NCBI GenBank assembly: GCA_963817915.1
Contig: CAWFQL010000011.1
Location: 64,001 to 128,000, forward strand
DNA from: an uncultured candidate division Zixibacteria bacterium
GTDB lineage: Bacteria > Zixibacteria > MSB-5A5 > UBA10806
DNA: 64,000 bases
Direction of reading: 5' to 3'
Positions 28,563 through 40,756 of this stretch are shown piece after piece. Position numbers and translations under genes: made by a program. The notes below the pieces were generated by a model. It had not been told where the DNA came from. It ran no database searches and saw only the letters and a list, made by a program, of their open reading frames with translations. Numbering within the stretch: the stretch's first letter is position 1; each line of letters opens with the position of its first letter.

Positions 28563-31500
28563 ATGAGAGTGATTTCTTCACATAAGACCATTTTTAAGAA
28601 TATCGCCATTCTTGGAATTGTGGTTTTATTATTTTCTTCGCTTCTCTATATACTGTCGGAGAATATTTTCAAGTCCAATATTGAGACCGCCTCAAATGAA
28701 GAGACCTTGTATTATGCCAAAAGCCTGTTAAGGGCAGCAACCGAATATGCGGATATCATTGCGCTCCAGTCGGCGGAAGACTTTGAGGAGCAACTTGAAC
28801 GAAACGTCTCGACAAGTGTCGCATTAACTGAAATCATAAAATTACTTAAGGTTCAAGGATTTACACAGGTCCACTTTTGTCATTTAGATAATAACGGTGT
28901 TGTGACTTCCTGTGATACTCGCGACGACGATATCTGGCTGGTACGCGAATTTAACAAAATGAAAACATCCGGAATTACGCATCAGCCCGTGTTTTACAAG
29001 GGTGACAATTATTTGATGGCGTATGCTCCTCTCACTCCCAAAGCTGATATGAATTATCCGAAATGGATTATGATTCTGCTCCCTGATAATGCCTTGTTTG
29101 GCAAATGTGATTGGGATAACCGCATAATTGGATTAACCGCGGACTCAAAAGGGGACCGAGACAAAAATGAATTGAGTAGCAATAACGGAGTTTTATTCCC
29201 GATCAATGATTCTGAGGGGAAAACACTCGTATCAATAAAGATCAAACCTAAGTCGCTCGCGGGAAACGACTTGTCCTGGCATTGGGAAATTCTGCTAATT
29301 GCGATTTTCCCATCGTTCATCTTAATTCTCGTCACAATATTGTTATTTCGATATTTCAGGGCATTTTCTAATCACGCAGATGGATTATACGCGACCCTAA
29401 ATAGCTATTCTCCCGAACAGAACATTTTCAGGCGCGATAGGCAGGTTGTTAATAAATATATGCCGGAACTCACCGACCTTTTCATGCTAATTGACAAAAA
29501 TATTAATGAAAAAAGGTATATAGAACGATCCCTCGAAATCATAAAAGATTCTCTCGGAATTATTCAGGAAAAAGGATACGAACAAAAGACAGTCGATGAA
29601 ATTCTCGAAATCCTTATTGGCACCCGAAATTGCTACGGCGCGGCAATAATTTCCGCTACGATAACGACAATTCGCGGGTGGTCTACTCCGCCCATAAATT
29701 CGATGATGACCTGATTCAAAAAATAATCAAAACCAATATTGGAACAGGATTTTTGCGTGCCTGTCTGAAAAATGAGATGGGGCTGACTTTTAGCAATGAT
29801 AATATCGGGCATACAGAGGAACCGTGGCACGAGATATTTTCAGAATACAAGGCGGTTTCCACGAAGATTTTGAAATTTCGTTCTCAGCCCGTGGCTATAC
29901 TGATTATGCTTTTTTCTGAATCGAAAGACTCAAATAATTTGATTGGCCATCCTGAAGAATTTCTTTCAGAAATGTTGGGAGGATTGGTCTATGGCTTAGT
30001 TCTTGAACAGGAAAAAAACTCGAGATCTGATAAAACATTGATTCTCCAGGAGACCTCACTGGCGATATCATCAACATTGGACTTATCATCACTCTTGAGG
30101 GTTGTTGCTACCCGGCTCACGGAATATGCGGGAGCGACATATTGCATTATTTTATTGTGCAATGATAAAGAGGATATTCTGGAGGTCGCGTCATATTATG
30201 TGAAAAAACAATCGCTGGCGATTCCTTCAATTCATACCAGAATTCATCTGGCCGATTTCCCGAAAATGAATGATGCCATAAAAACCAATAGGGCGTTTGT
30301 TATAAATCAGGCCGATATTTCTGATTTTACATCTTCAGAAAAGGAATTTTTTAATCATGACGCAATAAAAAGATTGGTGGTCTTGCCTATATCTCATTCG
30401 GGAAAGTATATCGGTTCGGTAGTTCTTGGCGACGACCATACTTCTACATTCAATTCGTTCACCATGGATAAATTGAATTTCATTCAGGCGCTTACCTCCC
30501 AAGCATCAGCGGCTATTGAAAACGCCAGACTGTATGGATTCATAAATCAAAAAGTTGACCAATTAACAGCCCTCTACAATGTAGGGGCGGCGATTCATTC
30601 GGAAATTGAAGTTTATCCAATGCTCGATAAGGTATTAACAGCTACACGCGATTATATCCATTATTCAGTCGCGGCTATTTGTACGCTTGATGAAAAAACC
30701 CGTTTATTAAAGCCAATTATCTCTTCCGGATTGGATATTACCAAGTCGCCTCTGAATAACATGATGTTGGGCAATGATTCTACTGCGAAGCTGGCGGCAT
30801 CGACCGGCGAATCCGTAATAATCGAAGATACTCGCCTCGAAACCAATTTAAAGCCTTCATTCGAAGGAAATCTTTCCGAGCTCGTCGTGCCAATCAAGAT
30901 TGGTGAAAAAATTATAGGGGTATTCGCCCTGGGATCGACGAAAAGAAATACCTTCACTCAGCTTGAGGATGATTTCCTTCGTGCTTTGGCGGCCCAGATT
31001 GCGGTTGCATTGGAACGAGCCCGTTTATTCGAACAAGAGCGTGAAAGATCGCTTAAGCTTAAGACCATATATGATTTCTCAAGAAAATTGTCGGAGACCC
31101 TTAATTTGCAGGAAGTTCTGAAAATCGCCTGCGAATCGATTTTAGGAGCGTTTGGATATCAATTAGTCGCAATTTTCTTGATCGATGAAAAAGATCAAAA
31201 ATTCTATGTAGCCAATCAGGCCACCTCCAGCGATAAAAAACTGCCCGCTAATTTTACGTTGAAAACCGATCAGGGAATTTTGGGACGCGTACTCAGCGCT
31301 CAAAAGACTCTATATTGCGCCAATGTCGATTCCGATCCAAACTACATTAAGGCTGTCGATGAAGTTCGAAGCGAAGTCTGTATACCGATTATAGCCGCCG
31401 ATTCGGTCAAAGGCGTGCTCGATGTCGAATCTATGGATATCGATAATTTCACTCCCGAAGATATTGCAACCCTTGAAGCGATCGCCGATATTCTGGCTGT

Positions 31501-33235
31501 GGCAATCGATAATTCTTATCTATTCAAGCAGACAATGGAAAAAGCAGAGCGGCTGGCTTTAATCGATAATATCAATAGAGCCATATCGGCGACACTTGAC
31601 CTGAACAGCTTCTTTAAGGTTGTCGCGAAGGCAGTTGCCGACAATGCCGGCTATCGCTGGACACTTCTGATAGTCCCCGATGGCGATTCATTCTCATTCA
31701 AAACCGGTTATACTCCAAAAGCGGTCGCGGGCATTTCGCCAGGCCCAGTATTGGAATTGCTGAATAAGACACTTAGAAAAGTCATGGAAACAGGCACTCC
31801 CGGTTTCGTGGGATTTTCGGAATTGGCTTCCATGAAACGGCCCGATTTATTACAGCCGCTTGTCGAAGCCGGAATCAGGCATATGGCATTGCTTCCAATT
31901 GGAAGCGGCGATAAGACTGAGGCTATTCTCACGGTCGGCACGTCGCAGCCCGATGGTTTCTCTCAGCAGGAGCTTTCTTTGCTCAACGATTTGGCCCTCC
32001 ATTTAAGAATTGCCTGGCAAAACGCCCAGCTTTACGAGCAGCTTAAATCGGCTTATAGCCAGTTGCAGGAGGCCCAGGATCATATGGTGCAAACCGAAAA
32101 ACTCAGGGCGTTAGGGGAGATGTCATCGGGAGTTGTGCATGATTTCAATAATATCCTGGCCGCGATTTCCGGCAGAACTCAAATTTTGCTTCGAAAGCTG
32201 GCGAAAGATTCGAAAAATGCGGATCCTGAATTTATCCTGAAAAATCTTTCGATTATTGAAAAGGCCTCTAACGATGGTTCGCATATCTTATCGAGAATCA
32301 GTGAATTTACTAAGAAAAAGCCGACAGAAAAATTCGTACCAATTAATATTGATCAAATTATTTTCGATGCTATTGAATTGACCAAGCCGAAATGGCACCA
32401 TCATGCCCTCTCCGAAGGAAAAATAGTCGATGTTGAATTCAAGCGAAATGGACCCTTTCAGACTACTGGAAGCCCGTCGGAATTGCGTGAAGTATTTACC
32501 AATCTTATCAACAATGCGGTCGATGCCATGGGCTCTAATGGCACAATCAAGATTTCGGCAAAATTAAAATCCGAAAATATAATCGAAATTATAATGGAAG
32601 ATAATGGCCACGGGATGTCAAGCGATGTGAAAAAACGAATTTTCGAACCGTTCTTCACGACAAAGGGCTCCAAAGGAACCGGCCTGGGACTATCGGTAAC
32701 CTACGGTATTATCACCCGTCACTCGGGGAATATTGAAGTCGAATCCGAATTAGGGCAGGGTACCAAATTCAAAATTGAGATTCCGGTTCGCAAGACCAAA
32801 ACCGAAGAGCAAAATACTCAATTGCCAAACAATGGAACCGGCCGAGCCAAAACAATTCTTGTAGTTGACGACGAAAACGAATTAAGGGAAGTGCTTGTCG
32901 AAATACTGACATCAAATAATTATGAAGCCGATTCAGCTGAAAACGGCACTGAGGCATTGAAGAAGCTGCAATATAAAAATTACGATATTGTCATTACTGA
33001 TTTGGGAATGGCTGATATTTCAGGATGGGAGCTATCCGACCTGATTTATCGAGACCATAATAATACTAAAGTAATACTGGCTACTGGATGGGGCGCTCAG
33101 GTGGAGCCGGGAAGTCTCGCTCTCCATCATGTTAATGGCCTCATATCCAAACCATTTAAAATAACCGTGATATTGGACGCAATTGTAAAAATAAGTAATT
33201 GTTCTAGAGATGAGGTATTGGTTGAAAATTCCTGA
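28563..33235 (+). CDS. Hybrid sensor histidine kinase (TM sensor, about four GAF, HisKA, HATPase, receiver); frameshift near 29650
   Basis: ORFs 28563-29714 and 29630-33235 overlap in different frames; VVHDFNN, NLINNAVDAM, DNGHG, PFFTTK, GTGLGL, ILVVDD, TDLGM. Confidence 0.85.
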
Positions 33236-35351
33236 ATGGCCGATATCGAGCATAGCCGGCTCAATATTTAAGGCAACTGCCCCCAGAGCGCGCAAAACCC
33301 TGGGGTCAGACGCGTTTATAATATTCATGGCATATCTTGATTGTCCTGACTTTGATCTTCATCTGGATGAGGATATCGAAACATATGATATTTCCAATCT
33401 CTATCGCAAGGCCGGCGAAATGAGCGATGAAATATGTTCTATAGTCAAAGAACGGCCTAAGACAAGCCATTTCAATAAAAATACCGAGAATCAACTTGCC
33501 GCCAAAATTATAAAGGTGCTCAATGCCTCCGATATTATCGTGTCTCCGTTTATACTCGATGATCTCGGATATGGATATGCCTGCTGGGTATGGCGTGATG
33601 ATCGTTGCGGCGGTGAGGATGAAGTATTTAAGGCCAATCTCGTAGCCGAACAGATTGCGCTTTCATTTAAGGTCTCAATGAAAGAAAAACGTTCGAAGGA
33701 ACAATCCGATAGACTGGCAGCACTGCTGGAATTATCCAACGCTGTTTATTCGAGCCTGGATTATCAGGAAGTTCTTCAAAAGGCGGTCAAGCTTTCTACG
33801 GAAATAATGGAAGCCGATGGGGGCTCAATATTCGCGTTGAATAAATCCGAGATGAACATTCGTCCTCTGATAGTTATAGATGAATATTTCGCGGAACCCA
33901 TTAGAGCTTTGAGGCTCAAATTAGGGGAAGGGATCATAGGGAAAGTGGTACAATCGGGAATCGGCCTAATTTCCAATGATTCCGAGTCCGATCCGCGCGC
34001 AGTCCATGTTCCCGATACTCCTGTCACCCACGATTCGGTCATTTGCGCGCCCTTAATGTTGGCAGATGATGTTTTTGGCGCTATCAGTCTCTGGAATCAT
34101 ACCGGTACGCATTTCGATCAGGAGGATCTGGAAATCCTTTCGATTTTCGCTCGTCAAATCGCCTTCGCGATGGAAAATGCCAGGTTGTTCGCCAATCTAC
34201 AAAAAGCCAACAAAGAGATGACGACTGCCCAGGAAAAGCTGATTATGGGTGAAAAACTCAAAGCTCTTGGAGAGATGGCAGGTGGAGTCGCCCATGATTT
34301 CAATAATGTCTTAGGGACGATACTTGGGCGGGCTCAATTACTGCTTAGAAAAATTGAAGATCCTCATTGGAAAAAAGAACTGGAAAAAATCGAAGAAGTC
34401 GCGCTTGAAGGAAGGCGAACTATTCAACGACTCCAAGATTTCACCCATGTTTCGAGTCATTCACAATTCGGCACCGTCAGCCTCAATGAAATAGTGGGGA
34501 AGGCGGTTGATAGCACTCGACCGGCGTGGAAAGATATCGCCCAGCGGCACGGTATTACCATTAGTCTTCAAACTGATCTCTCGCAGGTCCCTTTGATAGA
34601 CGGAGATTTTGACGAGTTAAAAGAGGCGTTCGTCAATATCATTATTAATGCTGTCGATGCTCTTCAGCATGGTGGAAATATCTTGATAAAAACCTATACC
34701 GAAGACGAAAAAGCCTGTCTCAGTATTACTGATGATGGAATCGGTATGGATGAAAATACAAAAAACAGGCTCTTCTTCCCATTCTTCTCAACCAAGCCTA
34801 AGAAGGGCTCTGGGATGGGCCTGGCAATTGTCTATGGTATTCTATTCCGGCACCAGGCCGATATATCGGTTGAATCATCGTTGGGGAATGGCGCCTCATT
34901 TATATTCAAATTTAATCCGACAACCAAAACCATTCAGGAAATCACTTCCCCGTCGAAACCTTCGGAATCAAAGGAGCTTTCGATTTTACTGGTGGATGAT
35001 GATGTCAATCTCCTCGATGTCGTATTCGATATGTTAACCCTCTATGGGCATGGAGTAACAAAAATCGACAGCGGCAGGGGTGCTATCGAATTATTGAAGA
35101 AAACTAAATTCGATATGGTTATTACCGATCTTGGCATGCCGGAAATTGCGGGTTGGGAGGTTGCCAGATTTGCCAAAGAGACATATCGTGACATCCCCGT
35201 TATTCTCGTGTCTGGATGGGGAGCTCAGCTTGATCGCGTAGAAGCATTGCAGAAAGTGGATGCGGTCCTGGCCAAGCCATTCGGCCTTGAAGAAATCAAC
35301 GAAACCATAAATAAAGTTATGGCCCTGCGAATGCCAAAACTGCCAGTCTAA
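33210..35351 (+). CDS. Hybrid sensor histidine kinase (GAF, HisKA, HATPase, receiver)
   Basis: VAHDFNN, NAVDA, DDGIG, PFFSTK, GSGMGL, LLVDDD, TDLGMP, KPF. Confidence 0.9.
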   Translation: MRYWLKIPEWPISSIAGSIFKATAPRARKTLGSDAFIIFMAYLDCPDFDLHLDEDIETYDISNLYRKAGEMSDEICSIVKERPKTSHFNKNTENQLAAKIIKVLNASDIIVSPFILDDLGYGYACWVWRDDRCGGEDEVFKANLVAEQIALSFKVSMKEKRSKEQSDRLAALLELSNAVYSSLDYQEVLQKAVKLSTEIMEADGGSIFALNKSEMNIRPLIVIDEYFAEPIRALRLKLGEGIIGKVVQSGIGLISNDSESDPRAVHVPDTPVTHDSVICAPLMLADDVFGAISLWNHTGTHFDQEDLEILSIFARQIAFAMENARLFANLQKANKEMTTAQEKLIMGEKLKALGEMAGGVAHDFNNVLGTILGRAQLLLRKIEDPHWKKELEKIEEVALEGRRTIQRLQDFTHVSSHSQFGTVSLNEIVGKAVDSTRPAWKDIAQRHGITISLQTDLSQVPLIDGDFDELKEAFVNIIINAVDALQHGGNILIKTYTEDEKACLSITDDGIGMDENTKNRLFFPFFSTKPKKGSGMGLAIVYGILFRHQADISVESSLGNGASFIFKFNPTTKTIQEITSPSKPSESKELSILLVDDDVNLLDVVFDMLTLYGHGVTKIDSGRGAIELLKKTKFDMVITDLGMPEIAGWEVARFAKETYRDIPVILVSGWGAQLDRVEALQKVDAVLAKPFGLEEINETINKVMALRMPKLPV

Positions 35352-35403
35352 TCAAGATTAATCGATTGACATTGCTATTATATTTAAATTATTTAGCGCC
35401 GTT

Positions 35404-36441
35404 ATGGCAGGTATCGATGTTTTCGAATTGGTAAAATCTCTAAAATCCAAAGTCGATTCTCATATTTTTGAATTTCTACCGGAGACAGATGAAATACCGG
35501 AGATTCGCCTTCTTTATCAAATGATGAGGGATTATCCGTCACGTTCCGGAAAGGGGCTCAGGCCGGGTCTGCTCCTGATCTTTAATAGGGCTCTGGGTGG
35601 CGATGATGCCAAAGCATTAAACACAGCCGCGGCTTTGGAGCTTTTCCAAAACTGGATAGTCATTCATGACGACATTGAAGATCAATCGGATCTCCGGCGC
35701 GGACTGCCATCATTGCATATCAAGCATGGGGTCCCGCTGGCTCTCAATGCCGGCGACGCCCTGGCCGGTAAAATGTGGCAAATGCTTCTCAAAAATCAAA
35801 ATATAATAGGACTCGAGAAGACTCTGGCGATTATTGAAGAATTTCTGTACATGTATGAACAAACTACTTCGGGGCAGCATATCGAATTATCCTGGGTTAA
35901 TGATTTAAGATGGGATATCTCTCCCGATGACTACTTCGCGATGTGTCATCGCAAGACTGCCTGGTATACTTGTATTACGCCATGCTGGACAGGCGCGTTT
36001 ATTGCCGGTATCGAACCCGAATATAAAGAACGAATGATTAATTTCGGTCTCGATCTTGGAGCGGCATTTCAAATACAGGATGATATTCTCAATATTATCG
36101 GCGATGTAGATAAATACGGCAAAGAGATTGCCGGCGATATCTGGGAGGGGAAACGGACGCTCGTACTGATCGACCTCCTCTCAAAATGCTCTGCCGATGA
36201 AAAAAAATCGATTTTGAAAATCCTCAATAAACCGCGCGACCAAAAAAACGAATCTGAAATTAATCAAATTCTCGAAGCCATAAGAAAATATGAATGTGTC
36301 GATTATGCCTTCGGGATTTCGCATCAATTGGCGCTCCGCGCACGACATTCATTTATCGAGATGTTCGAAAATAAATTGGACGATAGCTATAATAAAATAA
36401 TCCTCGACCTGATAGATTTTATGGTCAATCGAGAATTGTAA
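35404..36441 (+). CDS. Polyprenyl diphosphate synthase
   Basis: GKGLRP, HDDIED..LRRG, NAGD, KTAWY, FQIQDD, GKE..GD..EGKRT. Confidence 0.93.
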   Translation: MAGIDVFELVKSLKSKVDSHIFEFLPETDEIPEIRLLYQMMRDYPSRSGKGLRPGLLLIFNRALGGDDAKALNTAAALELFQNWIVIHDDIEDQSDLRRGLPSLHIKHGVPLALNAGDALAGKMWQMLLKNQNIIGLEKTLAIIEEFLYMYEQTTSGQHIELSWVNDLRWDISPDDYFAMCHRKTAWYTCITPCWTGAFIAGIEPEYKERMINFGLDLGAAFQIQDDILNIIGDVDKYGKEIAGDIWEGKRTLVLIDLLSKCSADEKKSILKILNKPRDQKNESEINQILEAIRKYECVDYAFGISHQLALRARHSFIEMFENKLDDSYNKIILDLIDFMVNREL

Positions 36442-36478
36442 TCCAGCCAATCGAATTTTAAAACCCAATTTTCAAGGT

Positions 36479-37190
36479 ATGACCGATAATAATAAAAAAC
36501 AATTTGTTCGCCGCATGTTCGATGAGATTCAGGGAAAATATGATTTTCTGAATACCATCCTTTCATTTGGACAGGATAATCGCTGGAGAAAGAAAGCTAT
36601 CAAAGGGATGCCCAAAAACGGAATAATTATCGATCTCTGCGGAGGTGGCGGACAGATGGCAGGCCTCATATTCAGCGACAATAATTTTGCCGGAGCAATT
36701 GTCATCGCTGATATTTCAAAGAATATGCTCATGCAATCGAGATATTCCCTAAATGGCAAAAATTCGGGATCGAATTTTCCTGTCGTTTGCGATGTGGAAA
36801 ATCTGCCCTTCAAAAATGATTCATTTTCAGCGGGAATATCGGCGTTCAGCCTGAGAAATTTGACTGACCTCGAAGCCTTTTCGCGTGAAACATTCAGAGT
36901 GCTTCAACCAGAAGGGGAGGCGAGATTTCTTGAAATCGCCCATCCCGATAATAAATTATTATCGATATTATTCAATTTTTATTTTTACAAACTCTCACCG
37001 CTCATTGCAAAAGCTTTTCGGCGCCAAAGAATACGCCTATAAATATCTCCCGCAATCGCTAAAAATCTTCCCCGACCAAAAGGATGTCGCGAAAATATTA
37101 TCCAATGGCTGGGGGAAGTCGTCCTATAAAAATATTATGGGTGGCATGGCCGCAATCTATAAATTAGAGAAAAAAGCAAATGATAAATAA
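36479..37190 (+). CDS. menG: UbiE/MenG-family quinone methyltransferase; frameshift near 37015
   Basis: MFDEI..KYDFLN.ILSFGQD.RWR, DLCGGGG, LRNLTD, then AYKYLPQSL..FP in the next frame. Confidence 0.8.
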
Positions 37191-37842
37191 AAACAGATTT
37201 CATTTTATTGCCGGAGTATTTCTTTTAATTACTCTGCTATTCGCGGGCAATGTTTTATCAGCTCCTATCAAAAAGATTTCAAAAACTAATGCCCCGCCGG
37301 ATACCGGTTCAATTGCCAAAATAGCCAGAGCTATTGATGGCGATACCTTCGTGCTTACCAATGGCATGCATATCAGGGGCATAGGTATCGATACCCCGGA
37401 AGAAAATGAACCATTTTATAAAGAAGCCAAAGCTTACGCCGAATCGACATTAGTAGGCAAAGAAGTAAAGCTGGAATTCGATAAGGAAACCGAGGATAAC
37501 TACGGACGAAAACTGGTATATATTTTTGATGGCACGTTTTTCTTTAATGAATCTATAATCCGCGCGGGCCTGGGGAGGTTATATCGTTTTAAAGGTCATG
37601 ACAAATATATTTCTAAATTAATTAATGCCCAGAATGACGCCAGGAAAAACAAAATCGGAATCTGGTCATTGCCCGCACCCAAAAAAGAAGAATTTTATAT
37701 CTCTATCAGGGATTCATATCGATTTCATAGACCTTTGTGTCCCGCTATTAAACAGGCCAATCTGGCCAAAGCATTGCATTTTAAAACACGCGATGAAGCA
37801 TTGGATAAAGGCCTTTCTCCCTGCAGACAGTGCCGACCTTAA
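37180..37842 (+). CDS. Secreted thermonuclease (SNase) with C-terminal Ada-type zinc motif
   Basis: IDGDT, IDTPE, DNYGRKL; FHRPLC...PCRQCRP. Confidence 0.88.
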   Translation: MINKNRFHFIAGVFLLITLLFAGNVLSAPIKKISKTNAPPDTGSIAKIARAIDGDTFVLTNGMHIRGIGIDTPEENEPFYKEAKAYAESTLVGKEVKLEFDKETEDNYGRKLVYIFDGTFFFNESIIRAGLGRLYRFKGHDKYISKLINAQNDARKNKIGIWSLPAPKKEEFYISIRDSYRFHRPLCPAIKQANLAKALHFKTRDEALDKGLSPCRQCRP

Positions 37843-37866
37843 GTAAAGAATTTTAACTGCCGATAC
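37840..37866 (+). promoter_or_regulatory. sigma28-like promoter candidate
   Basis: TAAG-N15-GCCGATAC upstream of the NtrC-type regulator. Confidence 0.4.
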
Positions 37867-37897
37867 CTATAATGAACCATTGTATCCGGAGGATAAA

Positions 37898-39295
37898 TTG
37901 CCGTCTATTTTAGTAGTCGAAGATAAAGATTCCATGCAGCAAATGCTTTCAGCCACGCTGGCCAATGAGGGCTACGAGGTTGATACGGCATCTGATGGCA
38001 CCGAGGGTATTACCAAGGCAAAAGAAAAACGTTACGACCTGGTGCTTACCGATCTGAAATTGCCCGGGGCGGACGGCCTGCAGGTTTTATCTAAGGTCAA
38101 GGAAACCGATCCTGAGGCCGCAGTCATTGTAATGACGGCTTATGGCACTGTCGAGACGGCAGTGCAGGCCATAAAGCTCGGTGCCTTCGATTTTCTAACC
38201 AAGCCATTCGATACCGAACGGCTATCGATATTAATTAAACGGGCAATGGAAAATCGTCGATTGATGGCGGAAAATATCCTGCTGCGTGAGGAATTGGCTC
38301 AGAGTCTCGGATTAAATGAAATAATCGGCAAATCCGAAAAAATAAAAACCGCGACCGATCTTGTTCAGAAAGTCGCGCCATCCGATACTACCGTCCTCTT
38401 ATTGGGAGAATCCGGAACCGGTAAAGAGCTTTTCGCCCGCGCGATTCATCAATTGTCCAACCGCAAAAATGGTCCTTATGTCGCTATAAATTGCGCTGCC
38501 ATTCCGAGGGAATTGCTCGAAAACGAATTGTTTGGTTCCGAGAAGGGTGCCTTTACCAGCAGCATCGCCCGTAAAATGGGCAAATTCGAAATCGCCGAGG
38601 CAGGCACTATATTCCTCGATGAAGTCGGCGATATGGATATTTCGCTTCAAGCGAAACTTCTCCGAGTCCTACAGGAGAAAAATTTCGAACGGCTTGGCGG
38701 CAATAAAACCATCAACGTCAATGTTAGAGTCATTGCGGCATCCAATATGGATCTCAGCGTTGCAATAACTAATAAGATATTTAGAGAAGACCTGTTCTAT
38801 CGCTTATCCGTATTCCCTGTGACTATTCCGCCTCTGCGTGAAAGACGCGAAGACGTTCCGGCGCTGGCGGAATTTTTCGTAGATAAATTTTGCAATGAGA
38901 TGAAAAAGAAGACAAAAAAGATTTCGCCCGAATCGCTCTCTTTGCTCGATAAATATCATTGGCCGGGGAATGTCCGCGAATTGGAAAATACAATCGAAAG
39001 GGCAATAATACTTTGTGAAGGCAAAACCATCAATCCGGAGCATCTGGCCATCAGATTGGCCACCACCAATGAAATTCGATTGCGCGAAGGAAGCGGGCTT
39101 AAGGAAGTAGCCGCCCAGGCCCAGGCCGATGCCGAAAAAGGGCTTATCAAGCGAGTCTTGACCCAAACCAGGGGAAATAAGCGAAAAACTGCAGAGATAT
39201 TGCAAATCGATTACACTACCTTATTCGAAAAACTGAAAAAGTACGGACTCCAGACCAAAAAAGATGCAGTGGACGAACCCAATACAACCTCCTAA
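37898..39295 (+). CDS. sigma54-dependent response regulator (NtrC/PilR family)
   Basis: Receiver (LVVED, TDLKLP), GESGTGKE, NCAAIP, ELFGSEKGAFT, FLDEVG, WPGNVREL, C-terminal HTH; TTG start after GGAGG. Confidence 0.95.
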   Translation: MPSILVVEDKDSMQQMLSATLANEGYEVDTASDGTEGITKAKEKRYDLVLTDLKLPGADGLQVLSKVKETDPEAAVIVMTAYGTVETAVQAIKLGAFDFLTKPFDTERLSILIKRAMENRRLMAENILLREELAQSLGLNEIIGKSEKIKTATDLVQKVAPSDTTVLLLGESGTGKELFARAIHQLSNRKNGPYVAINCAAIPRELLENELFGSEKGAFTSSIARKMGKFEIAEAGTIFLDEVGDMDISLQAKLLRVLQEKNFERLGGNKTINVNVRVIAASNMDLSVAITNKIFREDLFYRLSVFPVTIPPLRERREDVPALAEFFVDKFCNEMKKKTKKISPESLSLLDKYHWPGNVRELENTIERAIILCEGKTINPEHLAIRLATTNEIRLREGSGLKEVAAQAQADAEKGLIKRVLTQTRGNKRKTAEILQIDYTTLFEKLKKYGLQTKKDAVDEPNTTS

Positions 39296-39367
39296 AACGC
39301 TCTAACTAATTGACATTAACCATAACCTCCGAGCTGTAAAAATATTTATATTTTTTTTAAAAAAAAC

Positions 39368-39395
39368 TTGACATTGGCATGAAATTGTGTATAAT
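39368..39395 (+). promoter_or_regulatory. Strong sigma70-type promoter
   Basis: TTGACA-N16-TATAAT. Confidence 0.65.
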
Positions 39396-39497
39396 ATCCT
39401 TGACAAATGGGAGACACGTCCCATATCATCATTAACAATTGTGGCGTTGAAATTGGAAAATTTAAAAAAACAAATAATTTTAAGGAGGCTTATCGAG

Positions 39498-40331
39498 ATG
39501 AAGAAAATGATTTTGTTAGCAGCATTATTGTTGCTCAGCTGCGGTATGGCGTATGCGCAGGTTCAGGACAGTATCATTATCCATTCTGCCAATGTCGATT
39601 CAGGCGTTACTTCGCAATTTATCCGCATCAATGCCGTGACATTCGACTCTGTTGCCTTTTACCAGATGTCAATCAAATGGTATGGCGGTACTGGTGTTCA
39701 TCTAGCACAAGGATGCACTTACTGGGGTATTTTACCCTCATGGGATGTAACTTATGACACATTGGTTCTCGGCGAAGGTTACCTCCGCACATTTGGATTC
39801 ATGGATACGGGTGGTGACGATAATCCCCCAATGGTCACCGGCGGCCAGAGAATGCACATCATAACCGCGAGAATGGTATTTGAGCCCAATATTCCTCCCC
39901 AGATGGTTAGGCTTGATACTACCACCGATGGTCGCATGGGAAGCGCATTCTTAGGTTTAAAAGATGGTAGAACTGTAGTTGTGCCAGTCTATGTACCAGG
40001 CATAATCAATTATGGCATAACTGGTGTTGATGACCCGTCCACTAATATGCCTACCGCAATCGCTCTCAATCAGAATTATCCAAACCCATTCAACCCTGAG
40101 ACAAATATTGAATTCGCACTTCCGACAGCACAGAATGTTACCTTGCAGATATACAACCTGCTGGGACAGACTGTAAAGACATTGGTCAGCGGTCAGATGG
40201 ATGCCGGGTATCATACCGCTCGTTGGAATGGTACTAATGAAAACGGATCACAGGTTCCGTCGGGCGTCTATTTCTTCAGACTTTCGACTGACAACTTTAC
40301 CAAGACCAACAAGATGATCTTGCTGCGCTAA
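39498..40331 (+). CDS. Secreted protein: cohesin-like beta-sandwich plus C-terminal YPNPFN/FlgD-Ig (T9SS-type) sorting domain
   Basis: Signal peptide; domain ending VVVPVYVPGIINY; NQNYPNPFNP.T.I.F...IYNLLGQ...WNG...SGVYFFRL..KMILLR; AAGGAGG RBS. Confidence 0.75.
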   Translation: MKKMILLAALLLLSCGMAYAQVQDSIIIHSANVDSGVTSQFIRINAVTFDSVAFYQMSIKWYGGTGVHLAQGCTYWGILPSWDVTYDTLVLGEGYLRTFGFMDTGGDDNPPMVTGGQRMHIITARMVFEPNIPPQMVRLDTTTDGRMGSAFLGLKDGRTVVVPVYVPGIINYGITGVDDPSTNMPTAIALNQNYPNPFNPETNIEFALPTAQNVTLQIYNLLGQTVKTLVSGQMDAGYHTARWNGTNENGSQVPSGVYFFRLSTDNFTKTNKMILLR

Positions 40332-40351
40332 TTGGTCAAAATTTGCTTTTG

Positions 40352-40378
40352 AGGCGGGTCAGATGACCTGCCTTTTTT
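40352..40378 (+). terminator. Intrinsic terminator
   Basis: AGGCGGGTCA-GA-TGACCTGCCT followed by a T run. Confidence 0.8.
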
Positions 40379-40756
40379 ATTGCTTAGAATGCCGATATCT
40401 TCCGTCAAAAATGGATACTCTCGCCGGACTGAAAAAAATCTTGCAATATTCAAATCTATGGCCTATTATAAATAGGCCTGATTTGTTTTGAGATTAGCAG
40501 CACATTCTCAAACAGGTCATTTGATCTCTTCTAAAACAAAAGAAAACCGGTCATTAACAGGCCAACTTTGAACGACTCAAGAAAAATACATCTTTGCCGC
40601 CCGGTAAAGAACGCCGGCACATTACGATATTTTGCTGAAAATATGATCGAGCATTTGTCATTGAATGTTTATGGCGCGGCTTCGTCAGTGGCTGTTCGGA
40701 TGTTAATATGATTGCAATTTTGAAATTTTTTAAACCTAAAACATGAGGGAAGAAGT

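Noticed and set aside
39374..39390. sigma54 promoter TTGGCATGAAATTGTG
   Set aside because: GG-to-GC spacing and the -12 element do not fit; a sigma70 consensus explains the region
40440..40756. Riboswitch or sRNA in the long leader of the dockerin gene
   Set aside because: One hairpin is visible (~40475-40520) but no recognisable aptamer consensus; an Rfam/Infernal search would be needed
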